A stretch of DNA of 64,000 nucleotides from a virus (taxonomy: Duplodnaviria > Heunggongvirae > Uroviricota > Caudoviricetes), in the IMG/VR virus record IMGVR_UViG_3300032236_001858. One strand, 5' to 3'. How positions within the stretch are numbered: position 1 is the first letter of the stretch; each line of letters starts with the position of its first letter. A model generated the notes under the pieces. The model ran no database searches. It was not told where the DNA came from and saw nothing but the letters and a program-made list of their open reading frames with translations. Both the position numbers and the translations under genes were made by a program. Below are positions 1-8,521 of the stretch, one piece after another.

Positions 1-1
1 T

Positions 2-1027
2 TCACCAACCGGATTTGAATACGAGTTAGGTGGTCAAAAAGTTTGGATGGACTACGTTTCCAAATTTGTAAATAAAGTAGAAATTGATAACTACGGCACC
101 GCCTACGGTGTTATGGGTAATATGGACTCTAAGTTCAAAGTAGTTATTGAAGCTCACTCTGATGAAATTAGTTGGTTTGTAAACTATATTGATTCAAAAG
201 GCTACATCAAAGTAATCAAAAACGGTGGTTCTGATGCCCAAATTGCTCCTTCTATGAGAGTTAATCTTTGGGGAAGTAAAGGACCAGTTAGTGGTGTATT
301 TGGACACCCAGCAATTCACATTCATTATCGCAAAGACAAAGTAGATTTAGATTCTATCTTTATTGACGTTGGTGCTTCATCTAAAGAAGAAGTTTTAGAA
401 ATGGGTATCAATGTTGGTACCGTTGCTACTTTCCAAGACCAATTCATGAAGTTAGGTACAAGTTATTACACTGGTCGTGCTTTAGACAACCGTATTGGTG
501 GATTTATGATTGCTGAAGTAGCTCGTAGATTAAAAGAAAAAGGTAAAGAATTACCTTACCAATTATATGTTGTTAACTCAGTTCAAGAAGAAATTGGTTT
601 AAGAGGCGCTGAAATGATTGCTAACACAATCAAACCTAATGTGGCTATCGTAACGGATGTTTGTCATGAAACTTCTTCTCCTTGTTATACCGCTTCTAAA
701 GAAGGTGAACACGTTGCTGGTCAAGGTGGTGTTATCACAAGAGCACCGGCTGTTCATAACAAATTAAGACAATTAGTAATTGATACAGCAACTAAGAAAG
801 AAATTCCTTTCCAATTGGCGGCTTCTTCTCGTTCTACTGGAACCGATACAGATGCTTTTGCTTATTCAAATGGTGGAGTTCCTTCAGTTTTAATTTCACT
901 TCCTCTAAAATATATGCACACAACGTGTGAGACCGTCCACAAAGACGATGTTGAAAATGTGATTAAGTTAATCTACAATACTCTCTTAAAGATTGAAGAA
1001 AATCACAATTTTAAGTATAATGCTTAA
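2..1027 (+). CDS. M42 family metallo-aminopeptidase (5' partial)
   Basis: Frame open from base 2 (SPTGFE...); AHSDE, ALDNRIG, QEEIG, DVCH and GTDTDA metal-binding motifs. Confidence 0.88.
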   Translation, partial: SPTGFEYELGGQKVWMDYVSKFVNKVEIDNYGTAYGVMGNMDSKFKVVIEAHSDEISWFVNYIDSKGYIKVIKNGGSDAQIAPSMRVNLWGSKGPVSGVFGHPAIHIHYRKDKVDLDSIFIDVGASSKEEVLEMGINVGTVATFQDQFMKLGTSYYTGRALDNRIGGFMIAEVARRLKEKGKELPYQLYVVNSVQEEIGLRGAEMIANTIKPNVAIVTDVCHETSSPCYTASKEGEHVAGQGGVITRAPAVHNKLRQLVIDTATKKEIPFQLAASSRSTGTDTDAFAYSNGGVPSVLISLPLKYMHTTCETVHKDDVENVIKLIYNTLLKIEENHNFKYNA

Positions 1028-1031
1028 AAAG

Positions 1032-1060
1032 AAAAACCCACTCAACTGAGTGGGTTTTTT
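1032..1060. terminator. bidirectional intrinsic terminator
   Basis: AAAAACCCACTCA-AC-TGAGTGGGTTTTTT between convergent genes. Confidence 0.85.
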
Positions 1061-1061
1061 A

Positions 1062-1427
1062 TTAGTATTTAGGTATTTTCATATCTGTTGTAATTTCAAT
1101 TCTGAAACCAAATCCAGTATCATCATCTGAACTATATTTTACTTCAGAGTCGTAACCTCTATTACCATCAAAAGTCATAGGTTTTGGACCATTCATTCTA
1201 GCTTTTTTTCTCATTTCTTCTTCTCTCAACTTGGCTTCTTCTTGAGCAACCATTTCTTCAAATGTTAATCCAGGATTTGAAGGTTGTTGAGGTTCTTCTC
1301 TAGTTGAAAATTGTTGAGGTTGATGTCCATATTTACGAAGTAGTTGTTCAGCCTCCCAACTATCAATATTAACTGGTGAAGTTTGTTCTTCTTGACTTTG
1401 TATAATTCTTACTTCTGGTCTGTTCAT
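1062..1427 (-). CDS. hypothetical protein
   Basis: 121-aa ORF, Q/E-rich, no recognised motif. Confidence 0.7.
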   Translation of the reverse strand: MNRPEVRIIQSQEEQTSPVNIDSWEAEQLLRKYGHQPQQFSTREEPQQPSNPGLTFEEMVAQEEAKLREEEMRKKARMNGPKPMTFDGNRGYDSEVKYSSDDDTGFGFRIEITTDMKIPKY

Positions 1428-1431
1428 AAAA

Positions 1432-1863
1432 TTAATTTATTTTATCTAAATATATTTCATTTCCATATCTATCTAATTCCCAACCCTCTATTGGGTTGTT
1501 TTGTAAATATCGGTAATATATTTTTGTTCTTTGATGTAGTGCATCTTTTTCAGTTCCTTTACCTAAGCCTTTAATAGTTATCATCTGACACCAATCATTC
1601 TTACTAATAAAGTCGGGTAGAATACCATCAAAGATAGTTTTTAATAATCTGAATATATTTGTTTGTACTACTTTGAAAGTCCATTCTTCACCTTCTTTAA
1701 CACGATAAAGTATTTCTGCTTCACCTTCTGGTTTTCTATCTATTTCAACTCTGAATTCATTTTGACCATCTGAGAAAAAATAATAGTAGGTAGCACCTTC
1801 GTGACCACCGTATTCAAATGTGTAAAACTCAATAGATTCAAATATAGATTTGATGTATTTCAT
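1432..1863 (-). CDS. hypothetical protein with MKYIK..FE N-terminal tag
   Basis: Starts MKYIKSIFES; TAATATATA box 4 nt upstream. Confidence 0.75.
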   Translation of the reverse strand: MKYIKSIFESIEFYTFEYGGHEGATYYYFFSDGQNEFRVEIDRKPEGEAEILYRVKEGEEWTFKVVQTNIFRLLKTIFDGILPDFISKNDWCQMITIKGLGKGTEKDALHQRTKIYYRYLQNNPIEGWELDRYGNEIYLDKIN

Positions 1864-1919
1864 AGTGTATATATTAAAACTTTTGTTATTATTAAAGTAT
1901 AAAATAATAAAATATAATT

Positions 1920-2474
1920 ATGGCACATAAAGCACAACAAGATTTTTTTGAAAGCGTCAGAGTTAAATTTCCTGAGTATTTTACCGATGTTAAAGTTTTG
2001 GATATTGGTTCTTTAGATATAAATGGTAATACTAGACACTTTTTAAAACAACCTTACTACTACACTGGTTTGGATTTAGATAATGGTCCTAATGTTGATG
2101 TAGTTTGCCCAGCACATTTATATGATTGTGGATTTCAATTTGATTTAATTATGTCAGGTGAATGCTTTGAACATGATATGTTTTATCCAAAGTCAATAAA
2201 AAATCTTGTACGTCTTTTAAGAAGTGGAGGATTATTTGTTTTTACTTGTGCGTCCACAGATAGACCAGAACATGGAACTTTAAGAACATCACCAGAGAAT
2301 GCTCCATTTTTAGAAAAGTATGGAGAAGAGTGGTGTAGTTATTACAAAAACTTAACAGAGTCTGATATTAGAGAAGTGATTAATATTGAAGAAACTTTTA
2401 GTGATTTTTATTTTCAAGAATCATTTTCTGGATACATTGGTAATGACTTATACTTTTGGGGTATAAAAAAATAA
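1920..2474 (+). CDS. class I SAM-dependent methyltransferase
   Basis: VLDIGSLDING motif I, GLDL acidic motif II, ECFEH, LLRSGG. Confidence 0.85.
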   Translation: MAHKAQQDFFESVRVKFPEYFTDVKVLDIGSLDINGNTRHFLKQPYYYTGLDLDNGPNVDVVCPAHLYDCGFQFDLIMSGECFEHDMFYPKSIKNLVRLLRSGGLFVFTCASTDRPEHGTLRTSPENAPFLEKYGEEWCSYYKNLTESDIREVINIEETFSDFYFQESFSGYIGNDLYFWGIKK

Positions 2475-2482
2475 AATATTAA

Positions 2483-4171
2483 ATGATATCAGTATTAGTA
2501 GTAAACTTAAATAATTTAGAATTTACAAAAAATTGTGTTAATGATTTAATGTTACAAGATTGTGAATTCAATCTAACAATTATTGATCAAAATAGTTCAG
2601 AAGAAGGAACTAAAGAATACTTTTCAACACTACCTTCAAATATAGAATTTATACAGAATGGTCAAAACACACATCTAAATCAACTTTGGAATTGGTTTGT
2701 AATGAAATCAAATACACCATACATATGTTTATTAAACAATGATGTTAGAATTGCTCCTAATTTTTTATCATCAGCAATTCAAGTATTTGAGAAAGAACCA
2801 AATGTTGGTTTTGTTAACCATGTTTCAAATAATAAAGATTATCAAGAATGGTCTAATACGTTAGATTATAAAATAATTGAAACTCCTTATAGACAAGGAT
2901 GGGATCCAATTTTTAGAAAAGAGTGTTATAATCAAATACCTCAAGAGTTATCTTTCTTTTATGGAGATGACTACATTTATTCTAAATTATATTCATCAGG
3001 AATGAAAGGTGCTTATGTGTTAAATTCACCTATGATTCACTTTGAAAGAAGTACAACAGTTGGAAAAGGAGGACAAAGAGATGCTTCACCTGATAATTTA
3101 TATTTTCATCAATTAGATTTGGATTATAAAAATATGTCTTTTGTGGAAGAATTAAGTAAATGGAAACCTGAATTTTTAACTTTAAAAAGTAAAAACACAA
3201 GAACTTATATAACACACGTTACTAGAGATTACTTAGAAGTAGCTCTTAATTTAGCAAAATCAGTTAGATTATTTTCTAACTTACCTTTATTGGTTTATTG
3301 TATAAATTTACAAGAAGAAGATAAACAAAGATTTGATGAATATGAAAATGTTCAACTTAGAAATGTTGATTTGGATATTTCTGAACGAACATCTGAAGAT
3401 TACACATCTGTTGATTCTGGTAACTTTTATATAAATAGATATAGTGCTAGAATTTATAATATTTTATGTGCTAAGACTATTGCTATGGAAATGGCTTTAG
3501 AAGAAGGTTGGGATGAGGTTTGTTATTTAGACTCCGATTGTTTAGCAACGCCTTTAGTTGATGAATTATTTGACTGGATGTCTATTATAACTGACTATCC
3601 TATAGCTACACAGGGTATTCATGATTATATGATTTGGTTTGAAAATGGTATTGAACTTGGAAATCCTTTTGCTGGTGGATCTTGGCCTAATGTTGATAAT
3701 AAACTTTGCTTAGAATGGCCTTTGATGAGTTTCTTAGAAGTTGATGAAAATCAAAGAGGTTCTTATAGAACAACCGGTATAATGTTGATGAACCAGGACT
3801 GTTTACCTTTTATAAAAACTTGGAGAGAATTTTGTTTTATTTTACCTAAATTAGTTAATATAAGAAAGTATGCTACTTATCACGAAGAAACCATTTATAA
3901 TGTACTTTCTTGGAAAAAAACAAATCAAGGGTTTCCACTTTGTTATGTTAATATAGGCGAAGGCTTAGAAACTGTAAAACATTTTTATTCTGATGATGCG
4001 GTCGAGGGTAAATTAAGATGGGATGATAATGATAATTCAAAAAACTTTTATAAAATTCCAGATAATAAAAGAAACTCTAAAGTTTTACATGGTGAAAAAA
4101 GAACATCAGAAGTTGATTTAATTTTAGACTACCTAGTAGAATTAAAAAATAATAAATATTTTAATGATTAG
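2483..4171 (+). CDS. two-domain glycosyltransferase (GT2-like N-term plus second GT-A domain)
   Basis: ISVLVVNLN..IIDQNS..LLNND; later CYLDSD DxD motif. Confidence 0.8.
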   Translation: MISVLVVNLNNLEFTKNCVNDLMLQDCEFNLTIIDQNSSEEGTKEYFSTLPSNIEFIQNGQNTHLNQLWNWFVMKSNTPYICLLNNDVRIAPNFLSSAIQVFEKEPNVGFVNHVSNNKDYQEWSNTLDYKIIETPYRQGWDPIFRKECYNQIPQELSFFYGDDYIYSKLYSSGMKGAYVLNSPMIHFERSTTVGKGGQRDASPDNLYFHQLDLDYKNMSFVEELSKWKPEFLTLKSKNTRTYITHVTRDYLEVALNLAKSVRLFSNLPLLVYCINLQEEDKQRFDEYENVQLRNVDLDISERTSEDYTSVDSGNFYINRYSARIYNILCAKTIAMEMALEEGWDEVCYLDSDCLATPLVDELFDWMSIITDYPIATQGIHDYMIWFENGIELGNPFAGGSWPNVDNKLCLEWPLMSFLEVDENQRGSYRTTGIMLMNQDCLPFIKTWREFCFILPKLVNIRKYATYHEETIYNVLSWKKTNQGFPLCYVNIGEGLETVKHFYSDDAVEGKLRWDDNDNSKNFYKIPDNKRNSKVLHGEKRTSEVDLILDYLVELKNNKYFND

Positions 4172-5750
4172 ATTCGAGCAACCATCAAATGAAAATCCAT
4201 TTGGAAAAATCTTAGTAAATATAGATTCAAATTACGATCATTCTTTATTTAAACTACCTTTTACTTTTAAGGTGGTAAATGATATAGATAAACAAGTAAA
4301 ATGGCAGACTAATGATATGCAAAATGGTTGGTGGGCAACTTATGTAGAGCCTTGTAACTCAGAAGCCTTTTTACTTGACTCAATGGATAATATATTATAT
4401 AGTTGGAAGTGGGACACAGATAAACATGGTGATAAATCTCATAAATTCTTTTTAGATTGGTGTAAAAAAAATAAAGGGTCTAAAGGTATAGCTATTGGAA
4501 CACATAATGGTACAACAGGTGAATGGGTAGTTCCTGTTATGGATAATCTAATCGAGGCTTATTTAGTAGAAGCATCAGATAAACAATATAGCGAATTAGT
4601 TGAAAATTATAAAAGTAGTTCAAATGCTCATACTATAAAAAGCCTAATAACTTCTGATGGATCGGAAATTGAATTTTTTGAAAGTGAGGATGGATTTACA
4701 AATTCAACTTCAAAAGAACATGTTTTAAAATTTCATAATGATGTTAACTCAGTTATTAAAAAATCAATATCATTGAATGATTTAATAATTCAGTGCGGAT
4801 TACAAAATGATTTAAAATGGTTACATTTAGATGTTGAAGGTATTGATGATGAATTAATACTTAGTCTAGATGATACTAAAGTTAAATTGCCGGAAATAAT
4901 TATCTACGAAAGTCTTAATCTAAGTGATGAAAGGAAAAAGAATGTCATTGAGTGGTTAGAATCAAAAAATTACCAATGTGAAGAATCTGGATGGAATACA
5001 ATAGCTATTTTGAATAAATTAGATTTATCCTTATTAGTACATACTTGTGATTCTTATGAACAATTTTGGGGTGGTATGTTTTATACTTTAGATTCATACT
5101 GGGATTATAATATTCCTGTTTATTTTGCAAATGAAGAAAAAGAAATGTCTGATATAGTTATTGACTGCAAAGGAACACCATATAAACCAGATACAAGAAT
5201 AAAGCAAATATTAACTGGTAAAACTGATAAAAATGGATTCTCAACTAGATTTATTGAAGCAGTTAAACAAATACCAACTAAATATGTTCTTTATATACAA
5301 GAAGATATGTGGTTAAAAAGAGGAATAGATAATAAAGTATTTTCAGATATAATTTCTTTTATGGATGAAGTAAATGCTGACTCTGTTAAAATTCACGCAA
5401 AGTTATTTTATTATGATAATTATCTTTTAGAACCTACTGAACATTTTATTGATAATCAAAGACTTTTAAAATATTTAGATTGTGACGCTTTATTAACACA
5501 TAATGCTACAATATGGAGAAAAGATTATATTTTAGAACATCAAATACCCGGTGAGGATCCTTGGGTAAATGAAATATCAGGTAGTAGAAGAATGTGCTCG
5601 AAAAAACACAATCACTATCACTATAATATACATTGGTATTGTCAACCAGGAACAGTTGATAAAGGTGAACCATCTCAAGAATTTGTTGTCTATGCTCATA
5701 TAGTTGATGAAATGAAAAGTATGGAATTAAAATTAAATTTGAAAAAATAA
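4164..5750 (+). CDS. FkbM-like methyltransferase fused to a glycosyltransferase-like domain
   Basis: IAIGTHNG, VEAS, LHLDVEG (FkbM); C-terminal LVHTCDSY..YIQEDMW. Confidence 0.7.
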   Translation: MIRFEQPSNENPFGKILVNIDSNYDHSLFKLPFTFKVVNDIDKQVKWQTNDMQNGWWATYVEPCNSEAFLLDSMDNILYSWKWDTDKHGDKSHKFFLDWCKKNKGSKGIAIGTHNGTTGEWVVPVMDNLIEAYLVEASDKQYSELVENYKSSSNAHTIKSLITSDGSEIEFFESEDGFTNSTSKEHVLKFHNDVNSVIKKSISLNDLIIQCGLQNDLKWLHLDVEGIDDELILSLDDTKVKLPEIIIYESLNLSDERKKNVIEWLESKNYQCEESGWNTIAILNKLDLSLLVHTCDSYEQFWGGMFYTLDSYWDYNIPVYFANEEKEMSDIVIDCKGTPYKPDTRIKQILTGKTDKNGFSTRFIEAVKQIPTKYVLYIQEDMWLKRGIDNKVFSDIISFMDEVNADSVKIHAKLFYYDNYLLEPTEHFIDNQRLLKYLDCDALLTHNATIWRKDYILEHQIPGEDPWVNEISGSRRMCSKKHNHYHYNIHWYCQPGTVDKGEPSQEFVVYAHIVDEMKSMELKLNLKK

Positions 5751-6508
5751 TGAAACCCAAAGTTAGTGTAATAATACCTTGTTATAATTATGATAAGTAT
5801 ATTGAACAATGTCTTATGTCTGTTGTTTTGCAAAATCGAGATTTTAATATTGAGGTTTTAATAGGTGATGACAATTCAACAGATAAGAGTATTGAAATTA
5901 TTGAAAGATTTAGTAGGTATTATAGATATGATAATTTAAAATATAAAATATACTCACATGATAAAAATTTAGGTGAAATTAATAATACAAAATTTCTTTT
6001 AGATAATTGTGAAGGTGAATATATTGCTTATTTAGATGCTGATGATTACTGGACAGATCCAAATAAATTAAAAAATCAATTAGAGTTTTTAGATAATAAT
6101 AAAGACTACTCACTTTGTATAACAGGCTATATTCAATTAAAAAATGGTGTTGATTATAACCCAAATGTTAATTTTAAAAGCTGGCTTTGCCCTAAAGATA
6201 TAAATAATATGAATTCTGATGCTCTGTCTAAAGGTAATATAGTTGGTTCATCATCTTCTAGAGTATTCAGAAATTATAAAGATTTAGTTAAAGATTACTT
6301 TTATGATTTTCCTTATTCAGATTGGGTAATGAATTTTGAATTATCTCTAAAAGGTAAAATAGGTTATTTAAATTTTCCAAGTTATGTTTATCGAATGCAT
6401 GATAATTCTTTATCTACAAAAGATTTACAAGCTGAGAATAAAGAAGAACTATATAATAAAAGAGTTAGTATTTTAAAGTCTGAGCTAAATAAATATCTAA
6501 ATAATTAA
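5750..6508 (+). CDS. GT2 glycosyltransferase
   Basis: VSVIIPCYN, GDDNSTD, YIAYLDADDYW. Confidence 0.9.
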   Translation: MKPKVSVIIPCYNYDKYIEQCLMSVVLQNRDFNIEVLIGDDNSTDKSIEIIERFSRYYRYDNLKYKIYSHDKNLGEINNTKFLLDNCEGEYIAYLDADDYWTDPNKLKNQLEFLDNNKDYSLCITGYIQLKNGVDYNPNVNFKSWLCPKDINNMNSDALSKGNIVGSSSSRVFRNYKDLVKDYFYDFPYSDWVMNFELSLKGKIGYLNFPSYVYRMHDNSLSTKDLQAENKEELYNKRVSILKSELNKYLNN

Positions 6509-6519
6509 AAATTTTATTG

Positions 6520-6567
6520 TATATTTGTAAAAAATAAGAAAAGGGACTAAACTTTTTTAATATATAC
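6520..6567 (+). promoter_or_regulatory. tandem promoter block (TAnnTTTG + AAAAGGGAC..CTTTT + TAATATATA) upstream of tRNA-fMet
   Basis: Near-identical block recurs at 30967-31016 and 46548-46598. Confidence 0.7.
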
Positions 6568-6584
6568 ACATACAATAAAAACAT

Positions 6585-6656
6585 TGCGGGGTAGAGAAGA
6601 GGCATCTCGCCAGGCTCATAACCTGGAGGTCAGTGGTTCGAATCCACTCCCCGCTA
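6585..6656 (+). tRNA. tRNA-fMet (CAT)
   Basis: Cloverleaf, CCAGG-CT CAT AA-CCTGG, unpaired 1:72, A73. Confidence 0.9.
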
Positions 6657-6755
6657 CAAATAGAAAGACAGGACAAATATCTGATCAGCCCCAAGAAGGT
6701 AGGGTAGAGTACTCTGAACAAGTCTTTCTAAGGAATTAAAAAAATATTAAAAATA

Positions 6756-6787
6756 TTTGGTGAAATAAAAATTTCACCGTATATTTG
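6756..6787 (+). promoter_or_regulatory. Bacteroidota-type promoter for leader A
   Basis: TTTG at 6756, TATATTTG at 6780 (20-nt spacing). Confidence 0.7.
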
Positions 6788-6820
6788 TAAAACAATTAAG
6801 AAATTATAAAAACTAAAACA

Positions 6821-6898
6821 ATGACAACTATTACTAACATAGCGTATTATTATGAGGGAGAGCGTAGCTCAAACGTCAGACTAATGTCTATGTCGTAA
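6821..6898 (+). CDS. attenuator leader peptide A (Tyr/Glu): MTTITNIAYYYEGERSSNVRLMSMS
   Basis: TAT TAT TAT GAG GGA GAG run; GTCAGACT (6875-6882) is complementary to the terminator 5' arm. Confidence 0.85.
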   Translation: MTTITNIAYYYEGERSSNVRLMSMS

Positions 6899-6920
6899 TG
6901 GTTTCATTATGATATTTTCT

Positions 6921-6956
6921 AACCCAGTCTGACTTTCAGACTGGGTTTTTTGTTTT
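6921..6956 (+). terminator. attenuator terminator A
   Basis: AACCCAGTCTGA-CTT-TCAGACTGGGTT + T tract. Confidence 0.9.
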
Positions 6957-6966
6957 AAAATAAATT

Positions 6967-7051
6967 GGGAGTATAACGTCAGCGGTGTGTAAGCCGCCCC
7001 TAATCAAAGAGACGTATAGAGGTAACTTGTGTGCAAATCCAGGTACTCCCA
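6967..7051 (+). ncRNA. atypical tRNA-like element
   Basis: Perfect acceptor-like stem GGGAGTA/TACTCCC+A; interior does not fold as a normal cloverleaf. Confidence 0.4.
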
Positions 7052-7057
7052 CAAAAT

Positions 7058-7129
7058 GGTCCTGTCGACTAATGGTCAGGTTACAAGACTTTCAATCTTG
7101 AGATGCGGGTTCGATTCCCGTCAGGACTA
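7058..7129 (+). tRNA. tRNA-Glu (TTC)
   Basis: CAAGA-CT TTC AA-TCTTG. Confidence 0.9.
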
Positions 7130-7136
7130 CAAATAT

Positions 7137-7222
7137 GCTACGGTATGCAAACCGGAATAAGCGACCAGACTTTCAATCTGGACATCGAAAGATGTGTGCG
7201 GGTTCGAGCCCCGTCCGTAGTA
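7137..7222 (+). tRNA. tRNA with TTC anticodon and long variable arm (class II-like body)
   Basis: CCAGA-CT TTC AA-TCTGG; V-arm ACATC-GAAA-GATGT; A73. Confidence 0.75.
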
Positions 7223-7229
7223 CAAATAA

Positions 7230-7313
7230 GGGAGAGCGCCAACGTTGGAGAGTTGGGCTTGTCTGTAAAACAAGTGGCTTACGCCTGAGTGGGTTCGATT
7301 CCCACCTCTCCCA
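7230..7313 (+). tRNA. tRNA-Tyr (GTA)
   Basis: CTTGT-CT GTA AA-ACAAG, long V-arm. Confidence 0.88.
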
Positions 7314-7354
7314 CAAAAAATTAAACAAAAAAAATGAAAAGTTGAAAGTGAAAG

Positions 7355-7537
7355 ATGATAATTATGTTGGTAGTTATCTTTTTATCAAAACCAGTAATGT
7401 CACAGAACATTATTAAATACCAACAAAAAACAAAAATTGATTTGAGATTAAATAAGTCAATTGAAAACCAAAAGGTTCTTTTTAAGAAAACTAAATTAGA
7501 ATCTGATAACTTTGAAATTAAAATTAGTCACGATTAG
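7355..7537 (+). CDS. small hypothetical protein, possible signal peptide
   Basis: 60-aa ORF filling a gap in the tRNA array; hydrophobic N-terminus. Confidence 0.4.
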   Translation: MIIMLVVIFLSKPVMSQNIIKYQQKTKIDLRLNKSIENQKVLFKKTKLESDNFEIKISHD

Positions 7538-7614
7538 CTGATTAATAAAAAGTTTAGAATCAGGTTTACTTTATGTTTAGACATGAAAGAATTTTTTACC
7601 AAAGAGTAAAAAAT

Positions 7615-7687
7615 GATGCTATCGACTAATGGTTTAGGTCGCCATCCTCTCAAGGTGGAAATACGGGTTCGAATCCCGTTAGCATTA
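7615..7687 (+). tRNA. tRNA-Glu (CTC)
   Basis: CCATC-CT CTC AA-GGTGG. Confidence 0.9.
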
Positions 7688-7752
7688 CAAAAAATTAAAC
7701 AAATGTTTGGATATTAAAAAAGTATCCTTATCTTTGTAAAAGAATAAAAAAT

Positions 7753-7824
7753 GGTCCCGTCGTCTAATGGTTAGGACAATGCCCTTTCACGGCATAGATT
7801 TCGGTTCAAATCCGTGCGGGACTA
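7753..7824 (+). tRNA. tRNA-Glu (TTC)
   Basis: ATGCC-CT TTC AC-GGCAT; own TAnnTTTG promoter at 7729. Confidence 0.88.
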
Positions 7825-7913
7825 CAATAAAAACAGATAACTCCGGTATGGTCTCAATCATTACTTAGAACCGGGCTTTGGAAAGTTACAAGTTGAGATT
7901 CTGTTTTTTATAT

Positions 7914-7996
7914 TGGAAGGTGGCCGAGTGGTTAATGGCGCTTGACTGTAAATCAAGTCTCTTGCGAGTACGGGGGTTCGAATCCCTCCCTTCCAA
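7914..7996 (+). tRNA. tRNA-Tyr (GTA)
   Basis: CTTGA-CT GTA AA-TCAAG, long V-arm. Confidence 0.9.
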
Positions 7997-8061
7997 CAAA
8001 AATAAAAAAAATTAAAAGGGAAGACAAAACTTTTTATATATACATTAATATAATTAAAACG

Positions 8062-8142
8062 ATGAAAAATTTAACTAACATATCAACAGCAATCATAGGA
8101 GGCGGCGCGGGAGCGAATGTCACTGGCTGGACTATGTTATAA
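8062..8142 (+). CDS. attenuator leader peptide B (Gly/Ala/Ile): MKNLTNISTAIIGGGAGANVTGWTML
   Basis: ATC ATA GGA GGC GGC GCG GGA GCG run; TCACTGGCTGG (8120-8130) pairs 11 bp with the terminator 5' arm. Confidence 0.87.
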   Translation: MKNLTNISTAIIGGGAGANVTGWTML

Positions 8143-8166
8143 TCTTTCATCAAAAGAATTAAACGT

Positions 8167-8200
8167 AACCCAGTCAGTGAAAATTGACTGGGTTTTTTTA
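8167..8200 (+). terminator. attenuator terminator B
   Basis: AACCCAGTCA-GTGAAAAT-TGACTGGGTT + T tract. Confidence 0.9.
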
Positions 8201-8203
8201 TTT

Positions 8204-8287
8204 CGGCAGGTACCGATGGTGTCTTATACACACTATAACCGTAGCGGGAAGTTGAAAACGTGGGTTCGAATCCCACCCTGCCGACCA
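8204..8287 (+). ncRNA. D-armless tRNA-like RNA, anticodon TAT
   Basis: Acceptor CGGCAGG/CCTGCCG-A-CCA, canonical T arm, GGTGT-CT TAT AC-ACACT, only 7 nt where the D arm should be. Confidence 0.7.
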
Positions 8288-8347
8288 ACTGAGAAAACAG
8301 TAAATCGTGAGCCAACACTAAAACCATCCCACCAGGATGTAAAACTC

Positions 8348-8419
8348 GCGGGTATCGTATAGTGGCTATTACTCCTTCCTTCCAAGTAGGAGACGTCGGT
8401 TCGATTCCGGCTACCCGCT
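8348..8419 (+). tRNA. tRNA-Gly (TCC)
   Basis: CT TCC AA loop, GCGGGTA/TACCCGC, U73. Confidence 0.88.
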
Positions 8420-8427
8420 CAAATTTT

Positions 8428-8502
8428 GGGGTCACATGTACCAAGGCTAGGCGATGATGCTTTGCAAGCATCGTGTGGTGAGTTCGATTCTCACTGGCTC
8501 CA
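8428..8502 (+). tRNA. tRNA-Ala (TGC)
   Basis: GATGC-TT TGC AA-GCATC; G3:U70. Confidence 0.85.
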
Positions 8503-8521
8503 CAAAAAATGAATAGTAAAA

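Noticed and set aside
6657-7908. Theta (HDV-like) ribozymes 3' of tRNAs
   Set aside because: Could not build the P1/P1.1/P2/P3 nested pseudoknot by eye in any spacer; a descriptor search is needed
7103-8471. ORF-track calls 7103-7288, 7135-7416, 7942-8142 (upstream part), 8034-8471, 8117-8362
   Set aside because: Shadows over tRNA genes; only 8062-8142 is kept as a leader
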